Virus record (IMG/VR): IMGVR_UViG_3300045738_002140 | Location: 50,177-114,176 of that record | Source: a virus | Strand: one strand, 5' to 3' | Length of the DNA: 64,000 bases | Shown here: positions 36,174 to 45,965 of the stretch, piece after piece | Layout: every line of letters begins with the position of its first letter | Numbering within the stretch: position 1 is the stretch's first letter | Notes under the pieces: model-generated | Told to the model about the DNA's origin: nothing | Databases searched by the model: none | Seen by the model: only the letters and a program-made list of their open reading frames with translations | Program-made: the position numbers and the translations under genes

Positions 36174-36964
36174 TTATTTCGCATAAACATAAATTTATTT
36201 TTATTCACACAGAAAGGACTGGCGGAACGTCTATTGCAAAATCGCTCATCCCCCACCTAGGGCCTAAGGATGAAATTTATGGCTACACCCACGAAGGAGA
36301 ACTACTCTCCGACAAAAACAGAAGCATAAACCTAAGAGGCGGATCAGGCAAACGCCACGAGCAAGGACTGAGCCCTTGGAAGCATTCGACCGCACATTGG
36401 GTGAAAAAGCATGTGGGCAACAGGAAATGGAAGGCGTACTTTAAGTTCGCTTTCATTAGGAACCCTTGGGATATATATCTTTCTCTTTTTCATCACTGGA
36501 AAAAAGGCAAAGGCAAATGGGACCCAGTTCCGAAGGGTTTTCCGGAAAAGTACAATAAGATAAAAAAAATGTCATTTGATGAGTATCTCTGCTCAAACCT
36601 TAAGTGGGAATATACGTTACTAGATTACCTCCTTGTGGAAAAAAAAGAGCCCAGCAGAGTTGACCCCTTTGCCTCAGGAACCTCTGCTCAGGACATAGGA
36701 ATTGACCTAGACTTTGTGGGGAGATACGAAAAACTAAGATTAGATTTTTCTTATTTATGTGGTCGGCTAGACCTACCTAATTTGTTTTTATGGAGAAATA
36801 ATGAATCTAGATCACTAGAGGACAGGCGTCATTTTTCCTCGTATATAAAAAACGAAAAATCGAGAAGCGAAATAAGAAAAAAACATAGCGTTGATACAAA
36901 TTATTTTAAATACTCATACGAATATAACGAATATGAGGACAGTTGGAACTATTACATGATGTAA
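36170..36964 (+). CDS. sulfotransferase (Sulfotransfer_2 family)
   Basis: HTERTGGTS, FIRNPWDIYLS, DFVGRYE. Confidence 0.9.
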   Translation: MIISHKHKFIFIHTERTGGTSIAKSLIPHLGPKDEIYGYTHEGELLSDKNRSINLRGGSGKRHEQGLSPWKHSTAHWVKKHVGNRKWKAYFKFAFIRNPWDIYLSLFHHWKKGKGKWDPVPKGFPEKYNKIKKMSFDEYLCSNLKWEYTLLDYLLVEKKEPSRVDPFASGTSAQDIGIDLDFVGRYEKLRLDFSYLCGRLDLPNLFLWRNNESRSLEDRRHFSSYIKNEKSRSEIRKKHSVDTNYFKYSYEYNEYEDSWNYYMM

Positions 36965-36965
36965 C

Positions 36966-37319
36966 ATGAAAACAAGAGCGAAAAGGGTAGAAAAAATATG
37001 GGGTTACGAGCTGTGGCTAGCTAATGACGAAGATAACGACTACTGCGGCAAGATACTGCACGTAAATAAAGGGCATTCCTTTTCCATGCACTTCCACGCC
37101 GCTAAACACGAAACCTTTTACATACTAAGTGGATCAGCAAGACTCAACATAATTGATACGGTGACAGCAAAGGTAAACTCGACAATCCTAGAAGAGGGCG
37201 ACTGTTATATGATAGACAGGCTGGTGCCACACCAAATAGAAGCCCTAGAAGAGCTAGAAATAATAGAGAGCAGCACACACCACATGGACGAAGACAGCCA
37301 CAGAGTATGGATAAAATAA
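36966..37319 (+). CDS. cupin, mannose-6-phosphate isomerase type II-like
   Basis: VEKIWGYE, SMHFHAAKHETFY, PHQI, ESST. Confidence 0.8.
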   Translation: MKTRAKRVEKIWGYELWLANDEDNDYCGKILHVNKGHSFSMHFHAAKHETFYILSGSARLNIIDTVTAKVNSTILEEGDCYMIDRLVPHQIEALEELEIIESSTHHMDEDSHRVWIK

Positions 37320-38038
37320 CATATCTTTTCGACGTAGACGGCACGCTTACGAAGCCTATACAAAAAATGGAAGCAGGGTTCACTGTCTCTTTTCTTTCTT
37401 GGATGAATGACAAGACTGTTTTTTTGGCTGCAGGCAGCAACATAGAAAAAATACAAAGACAACTCCCCTCTAGCGTGTTATCTAGATTAGATGGAATTTT
37501 CTGTTGTATGGGTAACGAATTCTGGCAAAAAAATAAATTAATTTATCAAAACGAATTTAATGTACCATTTAGATTAAAAGAAATGCTCACCTCGTTTCAA
37601 ATGTATACGAGCTTTCCGGTTAAAGCAAAAAAGGGTGGTCGTGGCAATATCTTTGAACATAGAGCGGGCATGTTGAACTTTACCACGATAGGAAGAAACG
37701 CAGACACAGAAGAACGAAATAAATACTGTAAATGGGACGAAAAATACGGAGAAAGAAAGAGTATAGCGCTTGAAATTGAAGACCAATTCCCAGAGCTAGA
37801 GGCTAGACTTGGCGGACAAATAAGCATAGACATACAACCCAAAGGCAACAACAAATCACAGGCCAGCCAATGGGTAAGAGAAAATATAGGAGGAGAAATA
37901 ATTTTTGTTGGAGACAAATGCCTCAAAGGCGGAAATGATTATGATATTGTTTTTGACCTTATACGTAACCAAGATGGCCTATTCTTTCAGGTCGACTCCC
38001 CCGACGAAACAGAGGGGCTACTTAAAGACTTAAAATGA
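37307..38038 (+). CDS. eukaryote-type phosphomannomutase (HAD family)
   Basis: FDVDGTLT, EHRAGMLNF, GGQISIDIQPKG, GDK..GGNDY. Confidence 0.88.
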   Translation: MDKITYLFDVDGTLTKPIQKMEAGFTVSFLSWMNDKTVFLAAGSNIEKIQRQLPSSVLSRLDGIFCCMGNEFWQKNKLIYQNEFNVPFRLKEMLTSFQMYTSFPVKAKKGGRGNIFEHRAGMLNFTTIGRNADTEERNKYCKWDEKYGERKSIALEIEDQFPELEARLGGQISIDIQPKGNNKSQASQWVRENIGGEIIFVGDKCLKGGNDYDIVFDLIRNQDGLFFQVDSPDETEGLLKDLK

Positions 38039-38211
38039 AAGACAAAAAACAAGCACTAGACCTACTGGGTCAAATAATTGAGAAGTCAGAATATGACGAC
38101 TCCCAGCACAAAAAAGAAATGATAGAACAACACCAAGGCTCTAAAGCTATAGGGGAAAGCTGGATGACTTTTTATTTGAAAAGGCTAAGGGAGCTAATGA
38201 TAGATGAGTAG
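38035..38211 (+). CDS. small hypothetical protein (58 aa, not in track)
   Basis: ATGA overlap; MKDKKQALDLL...IGESWMTFYLKRLREL. Confidence 0.55.
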   Translation: MKDKKQALDLLGQIIEKSEYDDSQHKKEMIEQHQGSKAIGESWMTFYLKRLRELMIDE

Positions 38212-39118
38212 TTCCAAGAAAATAATTCACCTTTCTCATCACAAAACAGGGACAGTTCTTATTAAGAACTTTTTGTCTATTTTGCTTGAGGAAACAGGGA
38301 GGAAAGTCATTCTCGATGAAGACTGTTCTTCTGTAGTTGACTTTTCTCCTCACGGAAGAGAGTGGAGGGCAGGCATAACAGAATCTGTTCGCATGTTTTC
38401 GCGCGGTGAGCCACAACACAATATTTTTAATTTTTCTCAGCTGCGCAAATGGTACAATTTACCAGTCAAGGATCGCCTTCTGATTTCTCACTCAGTTAGA
38501 GACCCAAGAGATATGGTGGTTTCTGGTTATTTTTATCACAGCAGATGCAGCAAAGAGCTAGAACCTTGGGTCTTCGAAGAACAACACGAACAAGACTGGC
38601 CGAGATATTGGCTAAGGGAAAAAGGCGAGGACGCAAACAGGGTATATGACGATGTAGTCCTTAAATACCTTAAGCCAAATGAAGGATTAATAAAACAAAA
38701 TATCTTAAAAAAGATGGAGAAGAAAGAGGCGTTAATATACGAAATGTTCGTCATGATTCACGAGCCCCTAAGACAAATGCACTATTGGAGAAACGCCAAA
38801 GGACAGGCCGCGACGGATGGCGTCCTAATTAAAGAAGTAAAATACGAAGATATAATGAAAGACTTTCGTGGGAGCTTTAGTGGGATTTTGGATTTCTATG
38901 AAATAACAGAGAAAAGAGAGCAGATCCTAGAAAGGGCACAAGACCTAGATACATCTACTTGGAGCAAAAAGCAGGTTAAGAACGATCCGCACGTTAGCTT
39001 TAAATATAAAGAGAATCGATGGAAAGAACACTTTACCGACGAGACCAAATACTTATTTAAGTTATTTTTTGGGGATATACTTATTGATTTTGGGTACGAA
39101 AAAGACTATAATTGGTAG
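38204..39118 (+). CDS. sulfotransferase domain protein (Sulfotransfer_1-like)
   Basis: HHKTGT, VRDPRDMVVSGYFYH, KYEDI, WKEHF. Confidence 0.88.
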   Translation: MSSSKKIIHLSHHKTGTVLIKNFLSILLEETGRKVILDEDCSSVVDFSPHGREWRAGITESVRMFSRGEPQHNIFNFSQLRKWYNLPVKDRLLISHSVRDPRDMVVSGYFYHSRCSKELEPWVFEEQHEQDWPRYWLREKGEDANRVYDDVVLKYLKPNEGLIKQNILKKMEKKEALIYEMFVMIHEPLRQMHYWRNAKGQAATDGVLIKEVKYEDIMKDFRGSFSGILDFYEITEKREQILERAQDLDTSTWSKKQVKNDPHVSFKYKENRWKEHFTDETKYLFKLFFGDILIDFGYEKDYNW

Positions 39119-39696
39119 TGATAGATACAGTCACATGTGAATACGCGCTTCCCATATCTGGTGGGTGTCTAGCGGAAATAATTGATCCCCCAGATTGGCA
39201 GGAGGTAGATTTTCAGACAGATTCCTTTTTTACCCCACAAAAAGGGCTCTTTATTGATAACTATACAATATCAGAAGACGGACAACTATATAAAGACATA
39301 GTAGAAAGAGAAGTTGCAGAAAACAAAGACGGATTTAGCGAAATAAAAGAAAAGAACAATGGCATAGAGAAACAAGACTATACAGGAGAAATAAACCTAT
39401 ACGGAATCCACCTTGAGGAGGAATATGATTTCTATGTCACCTTTAGAGCCCTTTTTTGGAAAGGCGACCTCAAAGAGCTTCTCTTAGATCAATGCGACAA
39501 GAACAGTAACGAGAAAAGAAAAGAAAGCCAGCGCAAACTAAAAGAACAACTGAAAAAGATACAGAAAGAAGAAAAGGAACAGAATGTGGTTTTGTCTTTT
39601 TTTAAAAATATACTTATTTTGTTTTTATTCTTGATAAGATGGATCTTTGGTAGCATAGTTAGGTTTGTTTGGAGGATTGAAAGGAAAATAAAATGA
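39112..39696 (+). CDS. hypothetical phage protein, paralog of 53158..53775
   Basis: CEYALP, FQT, YTISEDGQLY, YTGEI. Confidence 0.65.
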   Translation: MVVIDTVTCEYALPISGGCLAEIIDPPDWQEVDFQTDSFFTPQKGLFIDNYTISEDGQLYKDIVEREVAENKDGFSEIKEKNNGIEKQDYTGEINLYGIHLEEEYDFYVTFRALFWKGDLKELLLDQCDKNSNEKRKESQRKLKEQLKKIQKEEKEQNVVLSFFKNILILFLFLIRWIFGSIVRFVWRIERKIK

Positions 39697-40169
39697 AAAG
39701 GTTAATTGTATTATTTATGTTTTTAGCATCGTCAGTTTTCTCGGACGAAGTGCTGACCCGAGACGAGCGAATCGTCGCTCTTACTATTCTCGGCGAAGCC
39801 AGAGGCGAAGGCAAGCGCGGCATGGAGGCCGTGGGGTGCGTAATTCAAAAACGGATGGATGAAGGCAATACCTTGACTCCGGCTCAAGTGTGCCTAGAAC
39901 CTTGGCAGTTTAGCATCTGGAACGCCGGACGAGGGAAGGTTAAGAAAGAAAGCGAGTTGCATTATCTCTGGGGGTCGCCGTCCATGAAGGAGGCCAGAGA
40001 GATAGCGAGAAAAGTTTGTCGCCACGGCATGAACCAGAAGCTAACGGGCGGCGCAAACCACTTTTGCACATTGGAAAAGAAACCATATTGGGCGTTTGAT
40101 AAGGAAGCAAAGAGGTGGATTAAGCCCACTAAGATTATAGGTAATCATAAATTTTTTAAATTAAAATGA
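39693..40169 (+). CDS. secreted cell-wall hydrolase (SleB/CwlJ, Hydrolase_2)
   Basis: Signal peptide, EARGEG, AVG.VI..R, QFS, GANHF, IGNHKF. Confidence 0.92.
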   Translation: MKRLIVLFMFLASSVFSDEVLTRDERIVALTILGEARGEGKRGMEAVGCVIQKRMDEGNTLTPAQVCLEPWQFSIWNAGRGKVKKESELHYLWGSPSMKEAREIARKVCRHGMNQKLTGGANHFCTLEKKPYWAFDKEAKRWIKPTKIIGNHKFFKLK

Positions 40170-40375
40170 AATTTTACGAAGCTAAGAGGAAGATGAACAA
40201 TCTACAGTGGTGTCATCTCGCTTACTTTAAAAAAAAGACTGATGCTGAGAGGTTTTTAAAAGATATAGGCGAATCCTACATTAAATCAGGGGTTAAAATA
40301 GAAGACGTTTATGGTGTTCCAACCCTAGAAATAGAAGAAAAGAAATTTTCTAATTTGAAAGATTTTGATTTATAA
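40166..40375 (+). CDS. hypothetical protein
   Basis: ATGA-coupled ORF. Confidence 0.55.
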   Translation: MKFYEAKRKMNNLQWCHLAYFKKKTDAERFLKDIGESYIKSGVKIEDVYGVPTLEIEEKKFSNLKDFDL

Positions 40376-40387
40376 TATATAATAGGC

Positions 40388-40948
40388 GTGAGATTAGACC
40401 ACATAGCGTACAGAGTAAAGGATAGACATAAAACAGCCAAGCTTTTCGTAGAGGCTTTTGGGTATGAGATAGGCACCTCTTTTGAGGTAAAGTTTGACGA
40501 CGGATCACACGCAGACTGCCTCGTCTTAGCGCCGCCAGAAACAAGGCACCCACAAACTGACATGTGGACATACAGCGTATTGATGGGCGTTAATTTTAAG
40601 GGGGGAACAATTAAACCAGAATATCACGCCCCACCTGAGATTTTTATTAGTGACGGAGGGCTTGGCTCGATCGTGGGGGACTGGGTAGCCGAAAGAGGCG
40701 GTGTAGGCGGCATACATCACATCGCTTACCAAGTTGAAGACGTAGAGGCCGTAATGGAGGAGTGGAAAGAGAAGGGCTACGCAGAATTTTACACAGAAGA
40801 CCCCATTATCTGCAAAGAGCCAGACCTTACCCAAGTATTTACAAAACCATCAGAGCTAACAGGAGTTATATATGAATTCATTAACAGAGAAGGTGCTGGC
40901 TTCTGCAAAGACAGCGTTAAGCAACTTATGGAAAGCTCGGCCAAATAA
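40388..40948 (+). CDS. VOC-fold enzyme resembling the isolated catalytic domain of HPPD
   Basis: LDHIAY, GIHHIAYQVEDV, LTQVFTKP, YEFINREG.GF. Confidence 0.75.
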   Translation: MRLDHIAYRVKDRHKTAKLFVEAFGYEIGTSFEVKFDDGSHADCLVLAPPETRHPQTDMWTYSVLMGVNFKGGTIKPEYHAPPEIFISDGGLGSIVGDWVAERGGVGGIHHIAYQVEDVEAVMEEWKEKGYAEFYTEDPIICKEPDLTQVFTKPSELTGVIYEFINREGAGFCKDSVKQLMESSAK

Positions 40949-40958
40949 TTATCATTTT

Positions 40959-42491
40959 ATGAAATTCGACGGCAAAAATTACATTGATGGAAAATGGGAG
41001 ACCATAGCCCCGGACTATCAAAACATTAACCCCGCTACAGGGGCATCTTTGGGTTCGTTCCCAGCTACCGAACACAACGACGTACACAGGGCATACCTTG
41101 CGGCCCGCAGGACTTTCAAGAAATGGAGAAAAGTTAGCAGGTTCGTAAGATCAGACTACATGTATAAAGTGGCCCAAATAATAGAGAGAAGGAGAGACGA
41201 ATTAGCGACGGTCATATCTCTCGAAACAGGAAAAAATTACAACGAATCTATAGCGGAGGTGAACGAGGCGCTTCATATGGCTCAATTCGCCTTTAGCTCA
41301 GGAAGGTATTCCCACGGGGAAGTAGTCTCTTCTGAAATTGAAGATAAAGACGCGTACATGCTCCGTAAGCCAAAGGGTGTGATAGCAATTATATCACCGT
41401 TTAATTTCCCACTGGCAATAGGGGCCTATTGGTGCGCAGCGCCAGCCATTGTCGAAGGCAACACGGTCGTAATAAAACCAAGCGAAGATGCGCCGATGTC
41501 GACACAACTGGCTGTGGAAATTTATGAGGAAGCGGGGCTCCCCCGTGGAGTCATTAACTTGGTTCACGGCTGCGGTGACACTGGCGATTTTCTGACCCAC
41601 AGCGATGTGGATCATATTTGCTTTACTGGTTCTGCCGAAGTTGGTCAGCATATTCGCAAGGTGGCAGCGGAAAGCTGGCATAAAACCACCTCTTGTGAGA
41701 TGGGAAGCAAATCGGCATGCATTGTTTTTGATGACGTAGAGTACAGCCTGACTATGCCCGCGACAGTAGCAAGCGCGTTTAAACTTTCCGGTCAGCGCTG
41801 CGTTTCTTCTGGCCGCATGATTGTTCAGAGGACTATTTTTGATGAATTTGCAAAACGGTTTGCAGAAGAAGCCTCTAAGCTTAAGACCGGAAATCCGTTT
41901 CGTAAAGTGCTGGGGTCCACAGGGACACCAGACGCCATCTGCTGGGAAGACTACCTCCCAGATGAGGGCATGTATTATGGGCCGCTTATCAACGAACAAG
42001 CATACCTTAAGGTCGCAAAGTATAACCGAATGGTAATGAGCGACAGGGAAGCAGAGGTTTTACTAGAAGGAAAAAGACTAAGCGATTCAGATGGATACTT
42101 CATGTCTCCAATGGTTTATAAAAGCGAGTGGAGGGGCGCAGACGCCCCGTATCTCAGAGAGGAGGTTTTCGGCCCCCATGTAGCAATAATCCCCTTTGAC
42201 ACAATGGAGGACGCCATTCGCATTTATAACGATACAGAATACGGCCTTGCTCTTGGGGTTTTGACAAACGACTTCAGAAAAGCGAGGGTCATGAGGGACG
42301 AGTGCGAGGCGGGTATGATTTACTGGAATGGCGGGTCAATCGCAGCAGAGTCTCACCTATCCTTTGGCGGGGTTAAAAAATCAGGCAATGGATTTCCGAG
42401 CGCGGCAAGAACCTATCGCGCGGTGACACATGAGGTTAGCTGGACAGTCAACCATGCTGACGAGTTAACTTTTCCACAAGGGATGAAATGA
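40959..42491 (+). CDS. aldehyde dehydrogenase
   Basis: PFNFP, KPSE, FTGS, EMGSK, GQRCVS, EEVFGP, FGGVKKSG; start MKFDGK. Confidence 0.96.
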   Translation: MKFDGKNYIDGKWETIAPDYQNINPATGASLGSFPATEHNDVHRAYLAARRTFKKWRKVSRFVRSDYMYKVAQIIERRRDELATVISLETGKNYNESIAEVNEALHMAQFAFSSGRYSHGEVVSSEIEDKDAYMLRKPKGVIAIISPFNFPLAIGAYWCAAPAIVEGNTVVIKPSEDAPMSTQLAVEIYEEAGLPRGVINLVHGCGDTGDFLTHSDVDHICFTGSAEVGQHIRKVAAESWHKTTSCEMGSKSACIVFDDVEYSLTMPATVASAFKLSGQRCVSSGRMIVQRTIFDEFAKRFAEEASKLKTGNPFRKVLGSTGTPDAICWEDYLPDEGMYYGPLINEQAYLKVAKYNRMVMSDREAEVLLEGKRLSDSDGYFMSPMVYKSEWRGADAPYLREEVFGPHVAIIPFDTMEDAIRIYNDTEYGLALGVLTNDFRKARVMRDECEAGMIYWNGGSIAAESHLSFGGVKKSGNGFPSAARTYRAVTHEVSWTVNHADELTFPQGMK

Positions 42492-42919
42492 GCAACGGAC
42501 ACCCAGAAGCGGCACAATACGAAGAATACATGAGATATATGGAAAGACTTGACATGGAATTTCACGAATCAAAAAAATTATCATCAGATGATAGACAGGT
42601 TGTATTAGTTGACGTTGATGAGACAATTTGTTTTTATTCTGGAGCAAGACAATACGATCTTGCTGAACCAAACCAAGAAAATATAGCAAAAATAAATAAA
42701 TTATATGACGAGGGTTGGTATGTCGTTTACTGGACGGCTAGGGGAGGTTCTCAAAAATCTATATCATTAGGTAAGTGTTATTATGAATTTACTTGGAAGC
42801 AGCTAGAGTCTTGGGGGTGTAAATTCCACGACCTATCTACTGGGTCAAAAGGCAAATACATTAAACCCGCTTGCGACATGGTTATTGATGATAAAGCTAG
42901 AAGAATTGAGGAGGTATAA
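42488..42919 (+). CDS. HAD-like phosphatase (capsule-biosynthesis type)
   Basis: VDVDETI, WTARG, KP..D..IDDKA. Confidence 0.85.
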   Translation: MSNGHPEAAQYEEYMRYMERLDMEFHESKKLSSDDRQVVLVDVDETICFYSGARQYDLAEPNQENIAKINKLYDEGWYVVYWTARGGSQKSISLGKCYYEFTWKQLESWGCKFHDLSTGSKGKYIKPACDMVIDDKARRIEEV

Positions 42920-42970
42920 AGTTATAGCTAATAAAGAAAAAAGTAATGCAGGAAAGCTTGCCGAAGATTG

Positions 42971-43120
42971 ATGAACTATAAAGAATGGCTAAAATGGAGA
43001 GAAGAATATTTTAAAGAGGGTTGGAATTTGATTGAAAAAGAAAAATTAACTGAAGAACAACAAATGGAAGCTTGGGGAAAATATCTTAAGGAGACGGATT
43101 CAGGGCACAGACCGAGTTAA
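42971..43120 (+). CDS. small hypothetical protein (49 aa)
   Basis: MNYKEWLKWREEYF... Confidence 0.45.
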   Translation: MNYKEWLKWREEYFKEGWNLIEKEKLTEEQQMEAWGKYLKETDSGHRPS

Positions 43121-43143
43121 AAAATAAAACTAAAATATATTAA

Positions 43144-43536
43144 ATGAAAAAAATATTACTATTAATTGCGTTAATCTTTGTCACGGGTTGCCCGTCGACC
43201 AAGTCCCCTTATTGGCCGCTAGCGACCAAGTCCCCAGAGCGCCCAGAGCTACACCCTTTGGGTCCGATATCGGTGACTGGTGAAATTGATTCCATGCTCG
43301 CATATAAAGTTTATGTAAAGGGGCTAGTATGTCCAGCCTGTGCGGTTGGATTAAAAAAATTCTTACTGCGATTGCCTTTCGTTAAAACAATCCACGTTAA
43401 TTATAAAACTGGTTTGGTTTTAATATATGAAATACATCCGCGCATTGACCCCAAAGGTATCAGAAAATTTGATAAGTCACGAATCACAAAAGCCGTTGAT
43501 GACAGCGGGTATGAAGTAGATAGATTTGTAAAATAA
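43144..43536 (+). CDS. lipoprotein with heavy-metal-associated (HMA) domain
   Basis: FVTG-C lipobox; VKGLVCPAC; DSGY. Confidence 0.8.
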   Translation: MKKILLLIALIFVTGCPSTKSPYWPLATKSPERPELHPLGPISVTGEIDSMLAYKVYVKGLVCPACAVGLKKFLLRLPFVKTIHVNYKTGLVLIYEIHPRIDPKGIRKFDKSRITKAVDDSGYEVDRFVK

Positions 43537-43547
43537 AGAAAAATATT

Positions 43548-43649
43548 ATGGCCAATAAAGAAAAAAGAAGAAAAGAAAAGAAAAAAGAACCACAACTAAC
43601 TCCAGCCGAAAAAAGAAAGAAGAAAAGAGAAAAAAAGAGGAGTAAATAA
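43548..43649 (+). CDS. 33-aa highly basic peptide
   Basis: MANKEKRRKEKKKEPQLTPAEKRKKKREKKRSK. Confidence 0.55.
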   Translation: MANKEKRRKEKKKEPQLTPAEKRKKKREKKRSK

Positions 43650-43793
43650 ATGGTAGGAAGAAAAACATTTTCATACGACCACCAAGGGATAAAGAAAAAG
43701 ACTCGCCAAGGCTGCGGCAACAAGAGCAAGGGTATGAAAAAATACAGGGGTCAAGGTGGCCCCAGAAAAAGATGCAAATTACCTAAAAAATAA
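43650..43793 (+). CDS. 47-aa basic peptide (KKYRGQG)
   Basis: MVGRKTFSYDHQGIKKKTRQG...KKYRGQGGPRKR; abuts previous stop. Confidence 0.6.
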   Translation: MVGRKTFSYDHQGIKKKTRQGCGNKSKGMKKYRGQGGPRKRCKLPKK

Positions 43794-43797
43794 CTTT

Positions 43798-44001
43798 ATG
43801 AACAAACAAGAAGAAAACTGGAAAATAATGCACATGCTTAACATGGCTTGGTCAGAGGCAACGAAACTGGAGAGCGAAGACAGAAGTTTTCTCCTAGAAA
43901 GAGCCGAGACCATAAGGGTTAAGATGGAAAAAGAAGCCGAAGATGCTAGGCGTGGAGGGGCGCAAAACGTAGTGGCTCCTTCGGACTTAGACATCAAATG
44001 A
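43798..44001 (+). CDS. hypothetical protein
   Basis: Start MNKQEENW, ATGA overlap with next gene. Confidence 0.6.
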   Translation: MNKQEENWKIMHMLNMAWSEATKLESEDRSFLLERAETIRVKMEKEAEDARRGGAQNVVAPSDLDIK

Positions 44002-45107
44002 AAGCTGTTGTATTCGGCATAGGCAGGATGGGTCAGGCCATAGCTTACGCTATGGACAAGCTTGGCTATGATGTAATGGGCGTAGACGCTAAATCTACTG
44101 CTCGCAAATTACTGGAAGACCTAGTTCCCAACGCTAAATTTTTTCAATCTAGTGATTTGGAATTAGACTTCCCAGAGATACTTGACGAGGATAAACCAAA
44201 AGTAGATATCGTCATATCCTCGCTTCCCTACCATCAGACGAAAAGCCTTGGCGTCTATTGCATAGACGCCGGAGTTCGTTATTGCGACCTAGGAGGAAGG
44301 GTAGATGTTTCCGAGGCCATTGATGACTACGCGAAGCAAGTAGCAAGTAAGCCCGTAATGACAGACCTCGGCTTGGCCCCGGGGTGGGTTAACATACTGG
44401 CAGAACAGGGCTGCAGAGACATTCACGGCGACGCGACAGACGTTAAGATGATGGTCGGCGGCTTACCAGATTACCTTGAGAGCAACAAGAACCCACTCAG
44501 ATACGGAATTACTTGGTCAATCGATGGGCTTATTAATGAATACAGAGACGATTGCGTTATCCTAGAAAACGGAGAAATAAAAATAGTTAAAGGAATGGAA
44601 GGTCTCGAAGATGTAGAAGGGCAAAACTTCGGAAGGATGGAAGCATTCTATACCAGCGGTGGAGCCTCGCACTCCATTCGTTCAATGAAAGACAGAGGAG
44701 TCAAGAACTGTTCGTACAAAACCTTAAGATATAAAGGACACAGAGACATAGTTAAGTTTTTAATTAGAGACTGCGGATTAGACAACGAAACACTTAAACA
44801 CATCTTTACCAAAGGGTGCGGCTTTGCAGATAAGGACGAGGTTCTCGTGCTGGCAGAAGTAAAGGGCGGGGACAAAACTTGGAGACAAGAGAAAGTCATC
44901 AAGGCTGATAAAAAATTTTCAGCAATGCAAAAAGCGACAGCTTTTCCAATTTCTTCCGTAGCAGCCCTTATGGCTAAAGGAACCTTTGACGGCAAGAAAG
45001 ACCAGCACAGAGATTATTATACTCATTTTGAAAAAGCATTATCTTACAAAGATATACCATTTGATGAATTTTACAAAAACCTTATAACCCTTGGCCTAGA
45101 GAGTTGA
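43998..45107 (+). CDS. saccharopine dehydrogenase family, lysine 6-dehydrogenase-like
   Basis: FGIGRMG, YCDLGG, GLAPG, VGGLP, WSIDGLINEY, EAFYTSGG, YKTLRYKGH. Confidence 0.88.
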   Translation: MKAVVFGIGRMGQAIAYAMDKLGYDVMGVDAKSTARKLLEDLVPNAKFFQSSDLELDFPEILDEDKPKVDIVISSLPYHQTKSLGVYCIDAGVRYCDLGGRVDVSEAIDDYAKQVASKPVMTDLGLAPGWVNILAEQGCRDIHGDATDVKMMVGGLPDYLESNKNPLRYGITWSIDGLINEYRDDCVILENGEIKIVKGMEGLEDVEGQNFGRMEAFYTSGGASHSIRSMKDRGVKNCSYKTLRYKGHRDIVKFLIRDCGLDNETLKHIFTKGCGFADKDEVLVLAEVKGGDKTWRQEKVIKADKKFSAMQKATAFPISSVAALMAKGTFDGKKDQHRDYYTHFEKALSYKDIPFDEFYKNLITLGLES

Positions 45108-45108
45108 G

Positions 45109-45663
45109 ATGGACGCAGAAAACTGGCATTACCCTATTTCCGAGGTGGGAGATTCATTTTGTGATGTGATTGATCAAATGGGTGATTTCAAGATGGAACA
45201 AAAGGAGGTTCCGCTCATAATCAGATTAACAGAAAACCCGCGCTACAAAACATCCAAGATATTCACCGGAGCCGTCAGTCTCTTTGCCCATGACTGTATT
45301 CATGTACTACTTGGCCGAGGTCTTCTGCTAAAAGACGAAGCTTTCGTAATCGGATATACAATGGGGTCAGCCAAAAAAATGAGCAGATGGCGCAGAAATT
45401 TATTCATGATCGTGTCAAAGCACCTTTACCCAGAGGGTTATCGTTTTGGAGAAGAAGAACGTTATGTTTTTTACTCAGGGATAATGGCAGGCAATAGATG
45501 CCCAGTTGACCTTTCCCTGATTGACTTTAGCAGCCCAGAGTACCAAGACTGTACCGTCGGTCAGGTTAGAAAAAAAATAGGGATAGACAAAGCCCTACTT
45601 AAATGTTATTATTGTACCGAGAAGAAGCTCTTTAAAGATAAAGAGTCTCAAAGGTTGGTATGA
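45109..45663 (+). CDS. Coq4-like metal-binding protein
   Basis: HDCIHVLLG...DEA motif. Confidence 0.6.
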   Translation: MDAENWHYPISEVGDSFCDVIDQMGDFKMEQKEVPLIIRLTENPRYKTSKIFTGAVSLFAHDCIHVLLGRGLLLKDEAFVIGYTMGSAKKMSRWRRNLFMIVSKHLYPEGYRFGEEERYVFYSGIMAGNRCPVDLSLIDFSSPEYQDCTVGQVRKKIGIDKALLKCYYCTEKKLFKDKESQRLV

Positions 45664-45926
45664 AAATAAAATATTTACTTTTTTTCTATAATTTAAAAGA
45701 AAATTTTTTAAAAAACGCTCTAGGGTGGATAGGAGCCTCACTGGTCTTATTCGGGTACGTGCTAAATGCTCAAAAAATGCCTATATCTTGGCTTATTTGG
45801 GTTGTTGGCAACGCCATGGTGGGCACTTATTGTCTACAGAAGAAGACCTACCCAACAGCCGTCATGTCCTTTATTCTGGTGATTTTGAACGTATATGGCT
45901 ATTTGTGTTGGATAAAGTGGTTCTAA
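45660..45926 (+). CDS. PnuC-like small membrane protein
   Basis: Three TM segments, WLIWVVGN, NVYGYLCW. Confidence 0.55.
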   Translation: MKIKYLLFFYNLKENFLKNALGWIGASLVLFGYVLNAQKMPISWLIWVVGNAMVGTYCLQKKTYPTAVMSFILVILNVYGYLCWIKWF

Positions 45927-45965
45927 ATAATTTGTTTTTTATGTTAAGTATGTTATTATTAGTTA

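Noticed and set aside
40872-40958. N-terminal extension of the ALDH
   Set aside because: It overlaps the VOC gene; ALDH homology begins at MKFDGK (40959)
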